From the NCBI RefSeq assembly GCF_009914755.1, contig NC_060945.1: a DNA stretch of 64,000 nt; one strand, 5' to 3'. The first letter of the stretch is position 1, and every line of letters starts with the position of its first letter. Below are positions 16,156-29,386 of the stretch, piece after piece. The position numbers were made by a program, and so were the translations under genes. The notes below the pieces were generated by a model. That model searched no databases and was not told the DNA's origin. It saw only the letters and a program-made list of their open reading frames with translations. Source of the stretch: the human T2T-CHM13v2.0 reference genome, Homo sapiens.

Positions 16156-17532
16156 AACACTCATCTTCTGTTTGAATCAAGACAACATGTTCCCATCTCC
16201 TGTACCCTCCCTCCCCAGCATGTGTACCCCCCACTTATTCTTGGAGCACCCCCTCCTTCCTTCTGCCTCTGTAAACCTGACCCATTTGTCAAGCTCATGA
16301 GCACCTGGGGCCATCCACACGCAGCCCTTTTTTTCTCTGAATTGTTACTGCCCTTATGATCTGCCATAATCACATGCTCGGAATGCACGTGAACGGGCAT
16401 TTGTACAGCTCTTTGCAGTTTTCAGACCAAGTGCACATCTATTGCTTCATCTCAGGGCCATGCAAGAGCTGGATGAGATCCTGTCATTATTTAAAATTTA
16501 GATATTTTATTCATCATAAAAATTTTGCATTTGGGTTAACTTTTAAAACCATTGCATTAAAATAGTACTTGTCTTGATCCCTGAGTTGTGGTGGCCTTGT
16601 AAATTTTGCAGGCCAGTCCCAACCCTGCTTCATTTAATCCTTGTAACTAGAAGAGTCCTGTGAGGTGTGCACAGGACCTCCTGTGGTATTACTGGCCCAT
16701 TTCACAAATAATGAAACTCATCTCTCCCACTGGATTCCAAGCTTTGTGAGGGCAGCTCTGTAGTTCATACTCTTCTAGCCTTCCCAGGTCAACATGGTGC
16801 TACCTGTTGGTTCATTTATTTCAAGGTATAGCAATGAGATGGGGAGAGGTGTGTTAATCAGCCCTTGGGGGGACCATGAACTTGTCAAAAGTCCAATTAT
16901 TACCCCTAACCTGTCTGATTGCATCCATCCATAGACCCCATTGCACTTCTAGGAAGCAAATTTTCTCTGCTTTAGAAATTTAGTGCTCATTTGGTGAGAG
17001 AGTTACAGAGGCTGTCAGATAGGGAGTATGACTGAAGAAAAGCCACTTGGGGAACCTGAGGGAGTTCAAAAATTGGCTGGTCCCAGGAGCCTCTGTTTGA
17101 AGCAGGAATGAGTTCCTTGAGACGAGGCTAATGTCTCTCTAAAAGCACATGTGCTAGTGATTCTGAGATGACTGTAACCTTGAAGGTTTGCTTGTATGCT
17201 CGTGTGGCACTGAGATGAACTTTTTGGAGTCACAAGTGAGGTTGTATGTACTGAAAATCTTCTACCCTTGAAATAAGAATGCAACAGTGTATGTCTCTGG
17301 ATGTGATTCCATTTAACTGAGTGTAATTTAGGTGGACAGGATTAATATCTTAAACCAAGATGTGGAGACTTTCTGTATCATCTCATTGCACAGAAGTGGG
17401 TGGGGTGGTGAGGCAGTAGGTGGTGTCCTTGACTGCCAACTTTTCCTTTGTTGGTCTGAGGTCATTCTGCCTATTTGAGGTTGGGAGAGAAAGCGTGGAT
17501 AAGAATTATTACCTTGAAAATATAAGATAAGG

Positions 17533-18100
17533 AAATAATGTGAATATTATTCAGCAATAAAAAGACATAGTTTTTAAGCCACAGAAAGACCTGGAGGAGG
17601 CTTAAATGCACATTGCTAAGTGAAAGAAGCTAGCCAGTCTGGAAAAGCTACATACTGTGTGATTCCAACTATATGACATTCTGCAAAAGGCAAAACTATG
17701 GAGGTAGTAAAAAGATCAGTGGTTGCAAGAGGTCTAGGGAGATAGAGGAAGTGATGAACAGGTGGAACCCAGAGGAATTTTAGGGCAGTGAAACCCTTTT
17801 GTATGATAATGTAATGGTGGCTACTTAAACATCATGTAGTTGTCCAAACCCACAAAATGTACAACATAGAGTGAACCCTAATGTAAACTGTGGACTCTAG
17901 CTGATAATAATATATCAATACTGGTTCATCAGTATTGTTACAATCATATCAAATGTTCCACACGAATGCAAGATGTTAGTAATGGGAGACTGTGTGTGTG
18001 TATGTGGTGGGGGTGGGGGAGTGCAGGTAATAGGGGAATGCTCTGTACTTTCTACTCAATGTTTCCATAAACCTAAAACTCTTCTTAAAAATAAAGTTTA
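17533..18100 (+). mobile_element. L1MC-type 3' UTR fragment
   Basis: gattccaactatatgacattctgcaaaaggcaaaactatggag...gtgaaccctaatgtaaact...aataaagttta. Confidence 0.8.
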
Positions 18101-18119
18101 GCATGAAATACTAGGTTTT

Positions 18120-18323
18120 ATTTAATTGTACATTTTAAAATAACTAAAAGACTACATAATTGGATAGTTTGTAACACAAAGGATAAATGCTTGAGGGGAT
18201 GGATACCCTATTTTGCATGATGCGATTATTATGCATTGCATGCCTGTATCAAAACATCTCATGTACCCTATACATATATATAGCTACTGTATACCCACAA
18301 ACATTAAAAATTAAAATAAAAAT
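18120..18323 (+). mobile_element. L1MA-type 3' end inserted at the L1MC poly(A) signal
   Basis: gtaacacaaaggataaatgcttgaggggatggatacc...; ataaagttta is repeated at 18091-18100 and 18324-18333 (TSD-like). Confidence 0.82.
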
Positions 18324-18954
18324 ATAAAGTTTATTAATTAGATAGAAAGGCAGAATGAGAGAAAAGGAGAAAGAGGAAGAAATAACAAACGTGGCCTATT
18401 TGCCTCATGTTCCAACAAAGGGTCTTGGCTCCAAATATCACGTTAGGGGAATGGAAAAGACAAGTTGGGACTGGCTGAGGCCTGGCTCCTTCCTATGTCG
18501 AGTCTATTGCACAGCACACGCCGGCTGCTTCCATCAGTCAGGCTAGAACAGCAGAATTCCCATCTCCACACCACCACCCATCCGGCATCAGTCAAAAGGA
18601 GCTTTCGATAATGTGAGTCATGACGGAAGCTTCTTGACATGGTGAATGTTCCCCAAGGGATGTCAAGTGTGATCCTTCTCCTTTGCAGAGCATATGAGCT
18701 GCCTCGATTGTGTGACAAATATTTTCGTGTGCCAGCATAATCCGAACTTTGGCAGAGGCTGGGGTAAGGGCGCAGTGACAGAGAAGTGTTCTCAGAGCCT
18801 GGCAGTGTTAGATTTAGAAAGAAGGGATGCATTTTGCATTCTTGACACAGGAATCCTAGGAAGTGACTCTTCTTGTCTTAGAAACAGGATTTATCACTAA
18901 TGACAAAGAGATAACTCATACTTCAGAGAGGCTTGCAGCATACAAGGCACTAAT

Positions 18955-19180
18955 GATGACAACAATTATGAAAATTATGATGATGAGGAACATGATGATA
19001 GCAACATGCCTCTAAAGTATACCATGAGGCAGGCGCTGGTCTAGGCACTTTATAAACATAAATGTATTTAATCATTATAATGGAGGTAGTGTCTATCATT
19101 ATCCCATTCTACAGATGAGAAAACCGATACTAGAAAGAGTAAGTAACTTGGATAAGATCGCATAGTATTTTAGGTCAAGA
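18955..19180. mobile_element. MIR
   Basis: attatcccattctacagatgagaaaacc...agtaagtaacttg. Confidence 0.7.
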
Positions 19181-19321
19181 TTCTGTGGCCTTTCCCTCAA
19201 CTATGTAACCTCTGATCATTCCCTGGTCATAGCTAACAGTTCAAAGCCCGGTATTGTCACAGCCCCAGAGGCAGAGAACAAATAGCTATCACCTGGAAAT
19301 ACCTACCTACCTACCTACATA

Positions 19322-19815
19322 TAGGTAGGTAGGGTGAATAATGTCCTCCCAAAGACGTCCACATCCCAATCCTCAGAGCCTGTGAACATGTTACTTTACA
19401 TGGCAAAAGGGACGTTGCAGATGTGATTCTGTCAATAACCTTGAGAAGGGGAGATTATCCGGGATTACCCAAGTGGGCCCAGTGTAATCACAAAGCTCCT
19501 TACAAGAGCATGGCAGGAGAGTTAGTGTCAGAGAGAGACGGATGGGGTGGGAAAAGAGAGTGAGAGAGAGAGAGAGAACAGAGACAGAAGTCAGAGTGAT
19601 GGGGCCATGAGCCAAGGAGTGCAAGTAGCCTCTAGAAGCTGGAAAAGGCAAGGGAAAGGGTCCTCCCTGAGAAACCCCAGAAGGAATGCTGGCCCTACTG
19701 ACACCTTCATCTTAGGACTTCTGACCTCCAGAACTGGCAGAAGCAAAATTTTTGTTGCTTTAATCCACAGAATGCATGGCAGTTTGTTATAGCATCAGCA
19801 GGAAACTAATGTACA
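19322..19815 (+). mobile_element. MLT1D-like MaLR solo LTR
   Basis: atgttactttacatggcaaaagggac...ctagaagctggaaaaggcaagg...ggaaactaat. Confidence 0.85.
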
Positions 19816-20683
19816 CACATAATATATAAACACATAACACACCCCCCTCCCTGTAAATGCTTACCACTTGCAAACCTTTACATATACTTAGTGCCCACTT
19901 GCTCCCTTAGGGCCACGCTTGCTGACTGCAACCTCTTGGTCCTTTGTCCTTTCTCCTGGGGCTGGTTCCCCCGTGTGGCTTTCCTCCTTCATGGCCACAA
20001 CTCCCTCCACCCAGGGGACCCTAATTCTGGTTCTCCAGCCACCCTATTCATTTTTGCCTCATATTCTAATCTATGCAACAGAAAATCTGTATTGGTACTA
20101 ACTTTATCAAGGAAGAAGAGGGTGGACAAGTCAGGCTGTGGCCCTACTGGGGAAGTTGGACACCTCTTTTCTAGTTCTTGCCTCTGCCCTTGTCCACCTA
20201 AGTGTGGAGCTGGATATTTATCTACACTCAGGTGCCCAGGGCAGTCTGGATTATGCCTGTTGTCTTGGTGTAAATATTAATATTACAAGCTCTCCCTTTC
20301 AGTCTGAAATGTGACCTGATTTGTGTGATAAATTACATGGTTGCCCCATCTTGACTCACCTCCCAGTTGTCTGAATTTGTCTTAGTCCCCAAACATTTTA
20401 ATTCCAGGCTGACTTCCTCCTGCCACCCGGCCCACCTCTGAAACCACCTCCCTGAATTATGGGATGCCCAAAAGACTGTCAAGCTCAAATCCTTAGTTTT
20501 ACAGAGGAGGAGGCTGAGTTCTCAAGAGGTTAGGATCACACAGGAGTCAATGCCATGACCAGGCCTTGAGCTCAAGAATCCTGACTTCACCCAGCGATGC
20601 TTTCACAAGACTCACATCCTTGATGCACGCTGAGGGAGATGCAGAAGCTAACCACGGATGAGGGCGTGCATCAGCAAAATATC

Positions 20684-21035
20684 TGTGTGGTTTGGCTGTG
20701 TCCCCACCCAAATCTCATCTTGAATTGTACTCCCATAATTCCCATATGTTGTGGGAAGGACCCGGTGGACAATAATTTGAATCACAGGGATGGTTTCCCC
20801 TATCCTGTTCTCATGGTAGTGAATAAATCTCACGAGATCTGATGGTTTTATCAGGGGCTTCCACTTTTGCATCTTCCTCATTTTCTCTTGCCACCACCAT
20901 GTAAGAAGTGCCTTTTGCCTCCCACCATGATTCTAAGGCCTCCCCAGCCACATGGAACTGTAACTCCAATTAAACCTCTTTTTCTTCCTAGTCTCGGGTA
21001 TGTTTTTGTCAGCAACATGAAAATGGACTAATACA
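20684..21035 (+). mobile_element. THE1A-like MaLR solo LTR
   Basis: ggtttggctgtgtccccacccaaatctc...tcttcctcattttctcttgcc...aattaaacc...ggactaataca. Confidence 0.88.
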
Positions 21036-21119
21036 CCTTGCCAGCCTGCAACCTGAATACCTGGAATTCTGTAATCTCTTATTAGAGGGTATCAATTCCC
21101 TGCTTGAAGTCTTTGCTTT

Positions 21120-21513
21120 TGTCATGAATTGAATGTTCAAATTCATATGTTGAAGCTCTAACCTCCAGTGTGGCTGTGTTTGGAGATGGGGCCCCTAAGA
21201 AGGGAATTAAGGTTAAGTGAGGTCATAGAGTGGGGTCCTGAGCTTTTAGGATTAGTGTACTTTAATAAGAGACACCAGACAACTCTGAATCTCTCCTCTG
21301 TGTGTCTGTGCACATGCACCGAAGAAAGACCATGAAAAGACACAGCAGGAGGTGGCTGTCTCCAAGCCAGGAAGAGACTGCACACCAAAAATCCATCAGT
21401 TAGCATCTTGATATTGGACTTCCAGCCTCCAGAACCATGGGAAAATAAATGTCTGTTGTTTTAGCCACTCAGTTTGGGGTATTTTGTTATAGTGACGTGA
21501 GCTGACTCCTACA
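21120..21513 (+). mobile_element. MLT1A-like solo LTR
   Basis: caaattcatatgttgaagctctaacc...ttggacttccagcctccagaac...aataaatgtctgttg. Confidence 0.83.
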
Positions 21514-21861
21514 GCTGTGTCCCATTGAGTCCACCTCTTTGTGGCATTTAAGCCCCTCAACATGCACTCCCTCCCTTTCCTGTGGTCTCTCATGCTCCCA
21601 TCCATGCACCATAAACTCTTCTCACTACTCACTCAATAGGGCACCGATTTTTCCAAACTGTGTGCCCGGCTGCACGAGTCTTGCTGGCTTTTTATGACCC
21701 TCTACCCTGGAGCCATCTCTCCCAGCCCCACAAGTTAAAGTCCCACCCCAGGCTAAGGCCTGGTTGCAAGACTGCTTTGTCCAAAGGCCTTTCCCTGCCC
21801 TCAGCCAGACCGAGCCTTCTGCCTTGGAGGCTGGAGTAAGCTGGGTGTCACAAAGCCATGA

Positions 21862-21957
21862 GCAGTGGGTTGTACATTGTCCCCACAAAGTTCATGTCCA
21901 CCTAGAACCTCAGAATATGAACTTATTTGGAAATACGGTCTTTGCACATGTTATAGG
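21862..21957 (+). mobile_element. MLT1 LTR 5' fragment
   Basis: ccacctagaacctcagaatatgaacttatttggaaatacggtctttgca. Confidence 0.65.
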
Positions 21958-23151
21958 TATTTGATTTCACACCTGTCTCCCAGGACAGATACCTCAACCT
22001 GGATAGCATGGGGCCTTTCCTAGCTCCCAGCACCCCATGAGCTTGCAAACTGTCACACTGCACTGAGTCGAAGTGAATGTCCCCAGGCAGCTCTCTCTTA
22101 CCACCCCTCTGCTTGGGGGCCCAGCGGCTGGGTCTGTGTTTCACATCATAGAGTCTGTGCCTGCCTGGCTCCTGGGATGTGTGAATTGCTGGCAGAGCAA
22201 CGTTAGAATTCCTAACAAGCACCCCGGTTTCTCCATCTGCTTGTTATGACTTGTCTCTTAGAAATGCTCTCAGGATTCTCATAAAATGGTTCTTCCAGGA
22301 GAATTTAATATTTTCCTCCAGAATCTGTTTGTCAGCTCTTTGGAGCCTCACCCCTCAAGGGTACAGGTGGCTCCGAGCACAATTTGGAGAATGTCACAGA
22401 GATTCATCTCCTAAGAGCCCCCAGACTCGTGTCTGCCTGCTTTTGAGAGCAAGTGTTTTAAGTAGAACTAGAGGAGCAGAGGAGGGACCTCAGGTCACTG
22501 CAGAGCCTCGGGAGCTGCACAACAGCTGACAGGAGTGGATTCACTTGTGAACAATGTTGCCTGAGATTCCAACAGTCTCCTGGGAGTTTCAGAGACATTT
22601 GTGGAGGCTGAGATCCAGCATGGGCCCATGAGGATGAGAACCTGAGGCTTCAGGTTATCACTGTTAATGTGACTTTTTGTGCCCAAGAAGTGGGAGGACC
22701 AGGAAAACTTCCACAAGTGAGTTCTGAGAATTATAAAAGATGTTCAAAACTCATTTAAAAGAAGATTTTAGACAAGCACTGCTTAAGCTGAGGAAAAACC
22801 ACCTTGTCTGTAAGTAAACCACGTGGCAGTTTCCAAAGGCTCACCGTGATCCTCTTATCACTGACAGGCATCCATGTCTTAATGCCTGGGAATGACATAC
22901 ATGGAAACTGTATTCTCAGTGTGTTGGGTTTTCATCATTGTTACATGCTGTTGATATGTCATTAGCACAGAATAACAAGTGCATTAGTCAGGATGCACTA
23001 TTAGCAAGTAATAGTATCCTTCATTGAGTGTCCATTCTCTGAGACAATGCACAAATGCATTATCAATATTATTTCTTCTAATCTCCAAAACAAGTCTTTG
23101 AGGAAGGTTTATCCATTGCACAGGTGCAGAAACTGGGGGTCAGAAAAGTAG

Positions 23152-23504
23152 TGCCATGGTCTGAATGCCTGTGTCCTTCCCCCAATTCGCACATTGAAAT
23201 CGTCATCCACAAGGTGATGGTACTAGGAGGTAGAGCCAGAGATTATTGGATCATGAGATTGGAGCCTAATGAATGAGATTAGTGCCTTTATAAGATAGGC
23301 TCAAGGGAGCTTGCTTACCTCTTCTACCATTTGAGGACACAGTGGGAAGATGCTATCTCTGAGTAAGAGAGGTGGCCCTTTCCAGGGACAGAATCTGCCT
23401 TGATCTTGGACTTCGGAGCCTCCAGAGCTGTGAGAAATAAATCTGTGGTTTATCCGTCCCCCAGTCTAAAATATTTTGTTATGGCAGCCTGATTGGGCAA
23501 AGGC
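23152..23504 (+). mobile_element. MLT1A0-like solo LTR next to a MIR
   Basis: tgccatggtctgaatg...ccttgatcttggacttc...gagaaataaatctg. Confidence 0.82.
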
Positions 23505-24596
23505 CTGATGAGGCCTGATCTGGTCCTACAACTCTTTACAGCCTAGCCCTCCAAGTGGTCAATATTAATCAGATGAAGTTGGTGTTGACACAGAACATGA
23601 AGCCTCTTTGCCCTCCTGGTGATATGATGCTTCCTGTCTTGGTGATAGGATGCTGACCCACTGGCTACTTAAACTAGAAATATGAGCTTCCACAGGGAGG
23701 AAGGGTTGGGGCAGAGGGTATTCTAGAAATGTGCTCAGAACTCAGGTGGACCAAGTGACAGAGGTTGGCACTTGAACCCCATGTGCTTCTTCCTGTTGGG
23801 GCATCCACTTGGGGATCCCAAGACAGATGAGTAGGCCCCTCCTCTTGGATATGCCACCTACAAATTCCATGAATGTGGCTTAGAATGGAGAAGACTGTCA
23901 GAGGCCATCTCCTTTCAGAAGAAAATAAGGTGCCTCTGGACACTGTCGTGTGCCCCACAATTCAGCTGAACAATAGGCCAACAGTCATGAGTGCAGCTAC
24001 CCCGATTGGTGGCCTCAAAGACTATATGCAACAAATGGTTCCACTTTTCTGCTCTCATCTCTGCCTGGCTAAGGCCACCTGTTGTTCTAGCATGGAGGAA
24101 AGAGACTGAGTCTTACAGCGAGATTCAGCAGAGATTGGCTCTTGAATTTGCTACTTACTAACACCATGGCCCTAGACATCTTATCTAATTTCTCTGAGTC
24201 ATGGTATCTTCATTTTAAAATGGGGCCGTTGTGAGGATTATACCTGACCAGATACATAAAGTTCCTAACACAGATCTTGGCAGAAAATAGGGACTCAGTA
24301 AACCATGGCTTCAAGTTTTAGCTATGATTGTTTAGAGTTACTTTCTCTGTGTCTATATTCTATTTTTCCAGCAGACAATAAATTCCTTTAAAGCCAGGCA
24401 CTCCTCTGAGCCCCTCACAGAGATTGCTTTGCACATAGTAGGACCTAATAAACACATTCCCCAAATCAGAGTTGATGTTATTCATTTTTACTTTTGGTCT
24501 CAGTTGACCTGGATTCTGTTCTCTTTTGTCCTCTGAATTCAGGCCAGCATCTCAGAAAATAGTTTAAAAAAAACAACAAATGAGCAGGGGGTTAGA

Positions 24597-24656
24597 AATT
24601 TGACATCTCCCGTAGACTGTGAAACTAATTTGACATCTCACATAGTCTGTGAAACT
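24597..24656 (+). repeat. 30-bp tandem duplication (2 copies)
   Basis: aatttgacatctcccgtagactgtgaaact / aatttgacatctcacatagtctgtgaaact. Confidence 0.9.
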
Positions 24657-25887
24657 GATTGACTAGAGCTGTATAAAAACTTGCCTGGAAAACTTCTTAG
24701 GAAGAGCTGAGACTTGAAGGAACTGGGGGTAGAGGGGGCTGAATAGTATAACAGCTTCATGTTCCTCAAGGAGCTCTACATCCCTGGACACACAGTGATG
24801 CCCCATGACACCTTTTGGGAGGCTGGCCAGGGGTCATACTCACTCTTCTTTTAATGGGGATCTCATAATACATGCTGACTGTTTTTACAGTGGGGCACGT
24901 CAAAGAAAGGCAAGAAACCTTATTTTCTTCTGAAAGGAGATGACCTTTGACAGTCTTCTACATTCTAAGCCACATTCATGGAATTTGAAAGTGGCATATC
25001 TGAGGATGGGTCTGCCAATCTGCCTTGGGATCCCCAAGGACATGAATGTATTTGTTTGGGAACTTGAAGTGAATTTCAATGGACACAGTCATGCTGGGAA
25101 AAAACAGACAAGGTGCTGACTAATGCCATGGGAATCTAATACTGATTACTTTTGAAAGCACAAGGGAATGGGCCTACAAAAAAGTCAGTATACAAATCTG
25201 AAATGGAGTTAGAAAGAACTGGAAAAGGAAGTATGAGAAATATTAATTAAAGTTACAAGTTTGAGACTAGTCATGGAAAGGTCAGAAATGTTTTCTTTAA
25301 GGTCATGGTTCCATCAGTAGTGACTTTAATTAATAATAATAGGGTTGGAGAACCTCTACCCTTATCCCTGCACCATTACCATCTCAGATAGGAAGATATC
25401 TTCTTTAAGGTCATGGACAGAAAGCTAATGGGATTATGATCTGGCTTTCATATTTTTCAAGTACCTATTGTGTGCAAAAACCAGAATTTGAGAAGGAAGA
25501 TCTGTTATTGCTGAAGGCATTTGCTCATGGAGTTTTAATACCAGTCAGTGGTTATTGATCACATAATGAAGCAGTTCATGGATTTCTAGTTTTCCTCCAG
25601 AGTTCTGCATTACTTTTAGACAAATTATATTCTTCAAAGTACTTGTCATTCTTGCCTTGATGAAAGGTGAATCTATGAAGATTTAACAGAATTTGGGCCC
25701 AATTCCAGTAGCTAGCCATGGAACATGGAGCTTCTTTTTGATCTTTTTGATATAGTGTATGATGTTCCCTCTAATTTTCTTTGGGAGTGGTTACTAATAT
25801 AAATCAATAAAATACTGATTATAATGTCCTTCTTATTCGTCCCCCCACATTTGCTCAGCATACTTCCTATAATTTGACCAATGTGCC

Positions 25888-26333
25888 TGTGAAAGATTGT
25901 AAAAATGGCCACAATGCTCTTATACCACTCTTCATATTTATGACCTGTGCAATGTGGCTTTACAGATGTGTTCAATAAGAGACAGTTCTGTTTCCCCATC
26001 CCTTGGATCTGAGCTGACATTGTGATTTTCTTTGGCCAGCAGAGTGTGGCAGAAGTGAAAAAGGAAGGTGTGTCAGTTCTTTTCCTTTCTGAGAAATCTG
26101 CCCAGGTGCCATGTGTATAAGCCCAGGCTAGCCCATTTGAGGATGAGAGACCACATGGAGCAGAGATAAGCCATCCCAGCCAGCCGCAGCTAGCTTGATC
26201 ACTGACCTAGACGCATGTGTGAGCCCTGCCAAGACTAGAAGAAGAATCGCCAAGAGGAGCCCAGCTCAAACTGCTGACTATTGAATGACTCATTTTTGGG
26301 ATGGTTTGTTATGCAGCAAAAGTAACTAACAGT
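25888..26333 (+). mobile_element. MLT1G/H-like solo LTR
   Basis: aaaaatggccacaa...gaggatgagagaccacatggag...ggtttgttatgcagcaa. Confidence 0.72.
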
Positions 26334-26479
26334 ACCTAAGAGTGGTTTTCTGTTCTCTATCAAGAGCCCCCTTTAGGAAAAAAATGACCGGTATTGTAGA
26401 GTCATCATCGAAAAGATTGAAGCTTCTTCTGGAAGTTTATTATTTCACTACTCTCAAGACTCTTTTCCACAGTCTCCTC

Positions 26480-27242
26480 TCTCTTACTTCCAAGTCTTCC
26501 TTGCAGCTAGGCATGGTCATGGAATGTAAGTGGAAGTTGGTCAAAAAATTCTTCTTGAAAAAGGGACATGTATTTTTTTGTACTCTTTTTCTCCTTCTTC
26601 CTACTAGAGATGCAATTCCTGGACCACACAATGCCTTTACACCCTATTTATGGAGTGAATTGTGTTCCCCCACATTTACATGTTCAAGACTCAACCCCCA
26701 GTGTGACTGTACTTGGACATAGAGCTTTTAGGAGGTAACTAAGGTCAAATGAAGTCATACGGGTGGGGTCTTAATCCAACGAAATTGGTGGCCTTATAAG
26801 AAGTAGAGAGATCTCTTTTAGGAAAGGCCATGTGAGCATGTAGCAAGAAGGTGGCCATCTGCAAGCTAGAGAGAGAGAGCCCTCATCAGAACCTGACTAT
26901 GCTGGCACCATGATCTTGGACTTCCAGCCCCTAGAATTGTGAGAGAATAGATTTCTGTTGTTGAAATGACCCAGGCTATGGTATTTTGTCATGGAAACCT
27001 GAGCAGACTAATACACCCTCTGAGATGACACACTTGAGGATGAAAGGTTAACTTGTTAAGGTTAGCATAGATGAGAGAAAGAGTCTAGGTCTTCGACGGC
27101 ATCCTTGCACAGCTGAATCAATACCAATCACTTCTACCACCAAGTTTACATTGCATGGAAAGCATACTCCTCCCTGTGGTTTAGTGCGCTGTCGACCAGT
27201 GTCTCTATTACTTGCAGCAGAAAGTCCTCCTAAGTCATGCAG
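26480..27242 (+). mobile_element. Old MLT1J/K-like LTR split by a younger MLT1A
   Basis: 3' end tattacttgcagcagaaagtcctcctaa; 5' part gctaggcatggtcatg. Confidence 0.5.
26647..27015 (+). mobile_element. MLT1A-like solo LTR (nested)
   Basis: tatggagtgaattgtgttccccc...gcagactaataca; 5-bp TSD cccta / ccctc. Confidence 0.83.
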
Positions 27243-27814
27243 ATAGATATAATTCTCCTCTAGGTGAGAACTTTAGGTGTCTTAGGCCCCTTTGGACACA
27301 TATGCATTAGTCTGTGGTTTGAGTGGAAGGTCAGTGGCTCTATACACTTGATAGCACTTGTGACTTCAAAGGCCGCTACATACCCAGGTGTGTGAGTGAT
27401 AGAGTTGGGGGAAGAGCCAGAGATCTATGCAGGATGGGGAAGGATCATCGCGAACTTCCAATGAGTTTGGGATAAAGTAAGGTCTAGTCTCAGCTCTGAC
27501 CAGTCTAGTCTGTCTTTGATGGGTCAGACTCAAGTGGTCCACAGAACTCATCCCTTCAAGGCTAAATGTTACATTCCATGTTTAAAGACTCTGTTGCATT
27601 TGAAGTCAGCATCAATCTTAGTGCTTTTTGGGGCACAGGGTTGCAACACTTTGAATTGTGACTAGGAGATATGTTTTCTTCAGCTTTGGCTGCATCAAGG
27701 AGAAGATACAAATTTCTTAGATGCGGATCAAAGGAAGATGAAAAGGAAATGGAAAAAGCAGGCAGTAGGGGGGCATCTGTCTGTCGTTTACCACCACACA
27801 AAACTAAAAACCAA

Positions 27815-28045
27815 CAATAACTAGCATTTATTATTGCCCTCTTTTTGCCAGGCAGCAATACCGAATACTTCCCATGAATTGTCTTATTTAGTTCTCAAAA
27901 TAACCCTATGTTCCAGGCACCATTATTATCCCCATTTCATAGATAAGGAACCTGAGGTTTAGAGAAATTAAATAACCTTGCTTAAAGTTTCACAGGCCTC
28001 AGTGGGGGCAGAGTCAGGATTAAAAGGCCAAGTGCCTTCACTCTG
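27815..28045. mobile_element. MIR
   Basis: ccattattatccccatttcatagataaggaacctgaggtttagagaaattaa. Confidence 0.75.
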
Positions 28046-29219
28046 CGTAGGTTTTTATAACAAAACCAATCGATTTAGAACCAGTGTGGATTTCTGCTAC
28101 CTGTAGGGGACCTATATGTGACTAAGGGACTGTGACTATAGTCTCTGCAAAATGCAAGAGTGATATCTTGCCAGAGAATGTCTTCATTTCTGCTCCTCTT
28201 TTGCAAGGATTTGGAGAAAACTTTGTAAACAGGACTGAAACAGTAAAGCTAATCACATCACAATCACATGCCCACCGTCCCAAAGGATCATACTGGTGTT
28301 TGCTAATGGGAATCCTCCCTGTTCAAAGTTTAATACCTCATCCAAGGGCTCCACAATTACATTTCCATTACTTCCCACTGTTTATCACAGTTGGATTGCA
28401 AAAGCCAATTTACGTTGTGATTTCTCCTCTGCTAGATCTTTACCATCTATTTTTAAATTTGTCTCACAATCCAGCTGGGCGCTTCATCCCAAAGTGTTGG
28501 CTCCATGGTGCTGTTGGAACATTGGCCCTGGGAGGGACCTTGTCCTCCAGCCACACCGTGTCTGCTGGACCAGGCATGAGGTCATGGGAGGACCTGCGTC
28601 CTTGAATACGTCTCCAGCTCCTTCTCTCTCCTCTGGGGCAGTTTCTGATTAACCTTACATTTGGGGGCATTTAATAAAATAGATTTCCTTGTGTATTGTA
28701 AAAAGAAGAAAAATGATAGTGTTACTCTTGAAGGTCTCTGACCTGGGGTTTGTGAACCAGATTCACCCTGAGGAAAGAAAAGCACTTTCATCATCTGACT
28801 ATCCCCCGTCACAGTTCTTGTGGTCCATGCAGGGGTGACCTGCACATTGAGCTGGGGCCAGGTTTGCCGGGGCTCTGGGAGAACAAGCACATTGTCCCCT
28901 GACAAGAGGAAAGAAAGGTTTCAAGAGCCCCTTTAGAGATGGGAGGGCAGCCTGGGTCAGCAATATTTTTGTTGGCACAATCTTAGTTCTAATAAAAGAA
29001 GGAACCAGCGTACATAAAAGAAAATATAATTCTAGAATGATTTTGACCATAGCTGTCTGATATTTGAAGAGGTTTTCTTGACGGGAGATTTTATTGGCCA
29101 CCTGTCTTCCTTTCTAATAGTTCTCTAAGGTGGCAGGTGAATAAAATATGCCTGCCAGCATTGCTTTCCTAATCTGTTGGCAAAGATTGATTTTTTTTTT
29201 AGCCTGCTTTAAAAATGTT

Positions 29220-29386
29220 CTTTTTTATTGATGCATAATAGATGTACATAGTTTCAGGGCACATGTGATAATTTAATGCATTCATATAATTTGTAAAGAT
29301 CAAATCAGCGTACTTGGAATATCCATCACCATAAATATTTGTCTTTTCTTGATGCTAGAACTGTTCCAATTCTTCTCTTCTAGCGA
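29220..29386 (-). mobile_element. L1MA4-like 3' end, short
   Basis: ttttattgatgcataatagatgtacata...; TSD taaaaatgtt at 29210-29219 and 29387-29396. Confidence 0.8.

Noticed and set aside
24597-24656. 30-bp repeat as a CRISPR-like or functional array
   Set aside because: There are only two adjacent units with no spacers, in human DNA; it is an ordinary tandem duplication.
28132-28652. Overlapping 157-aa and 118-aa ORFs
   Set aside because: They start at GTG codons and show no recognisable domain or splice context; lengths are compatible with chance in 64 kb.
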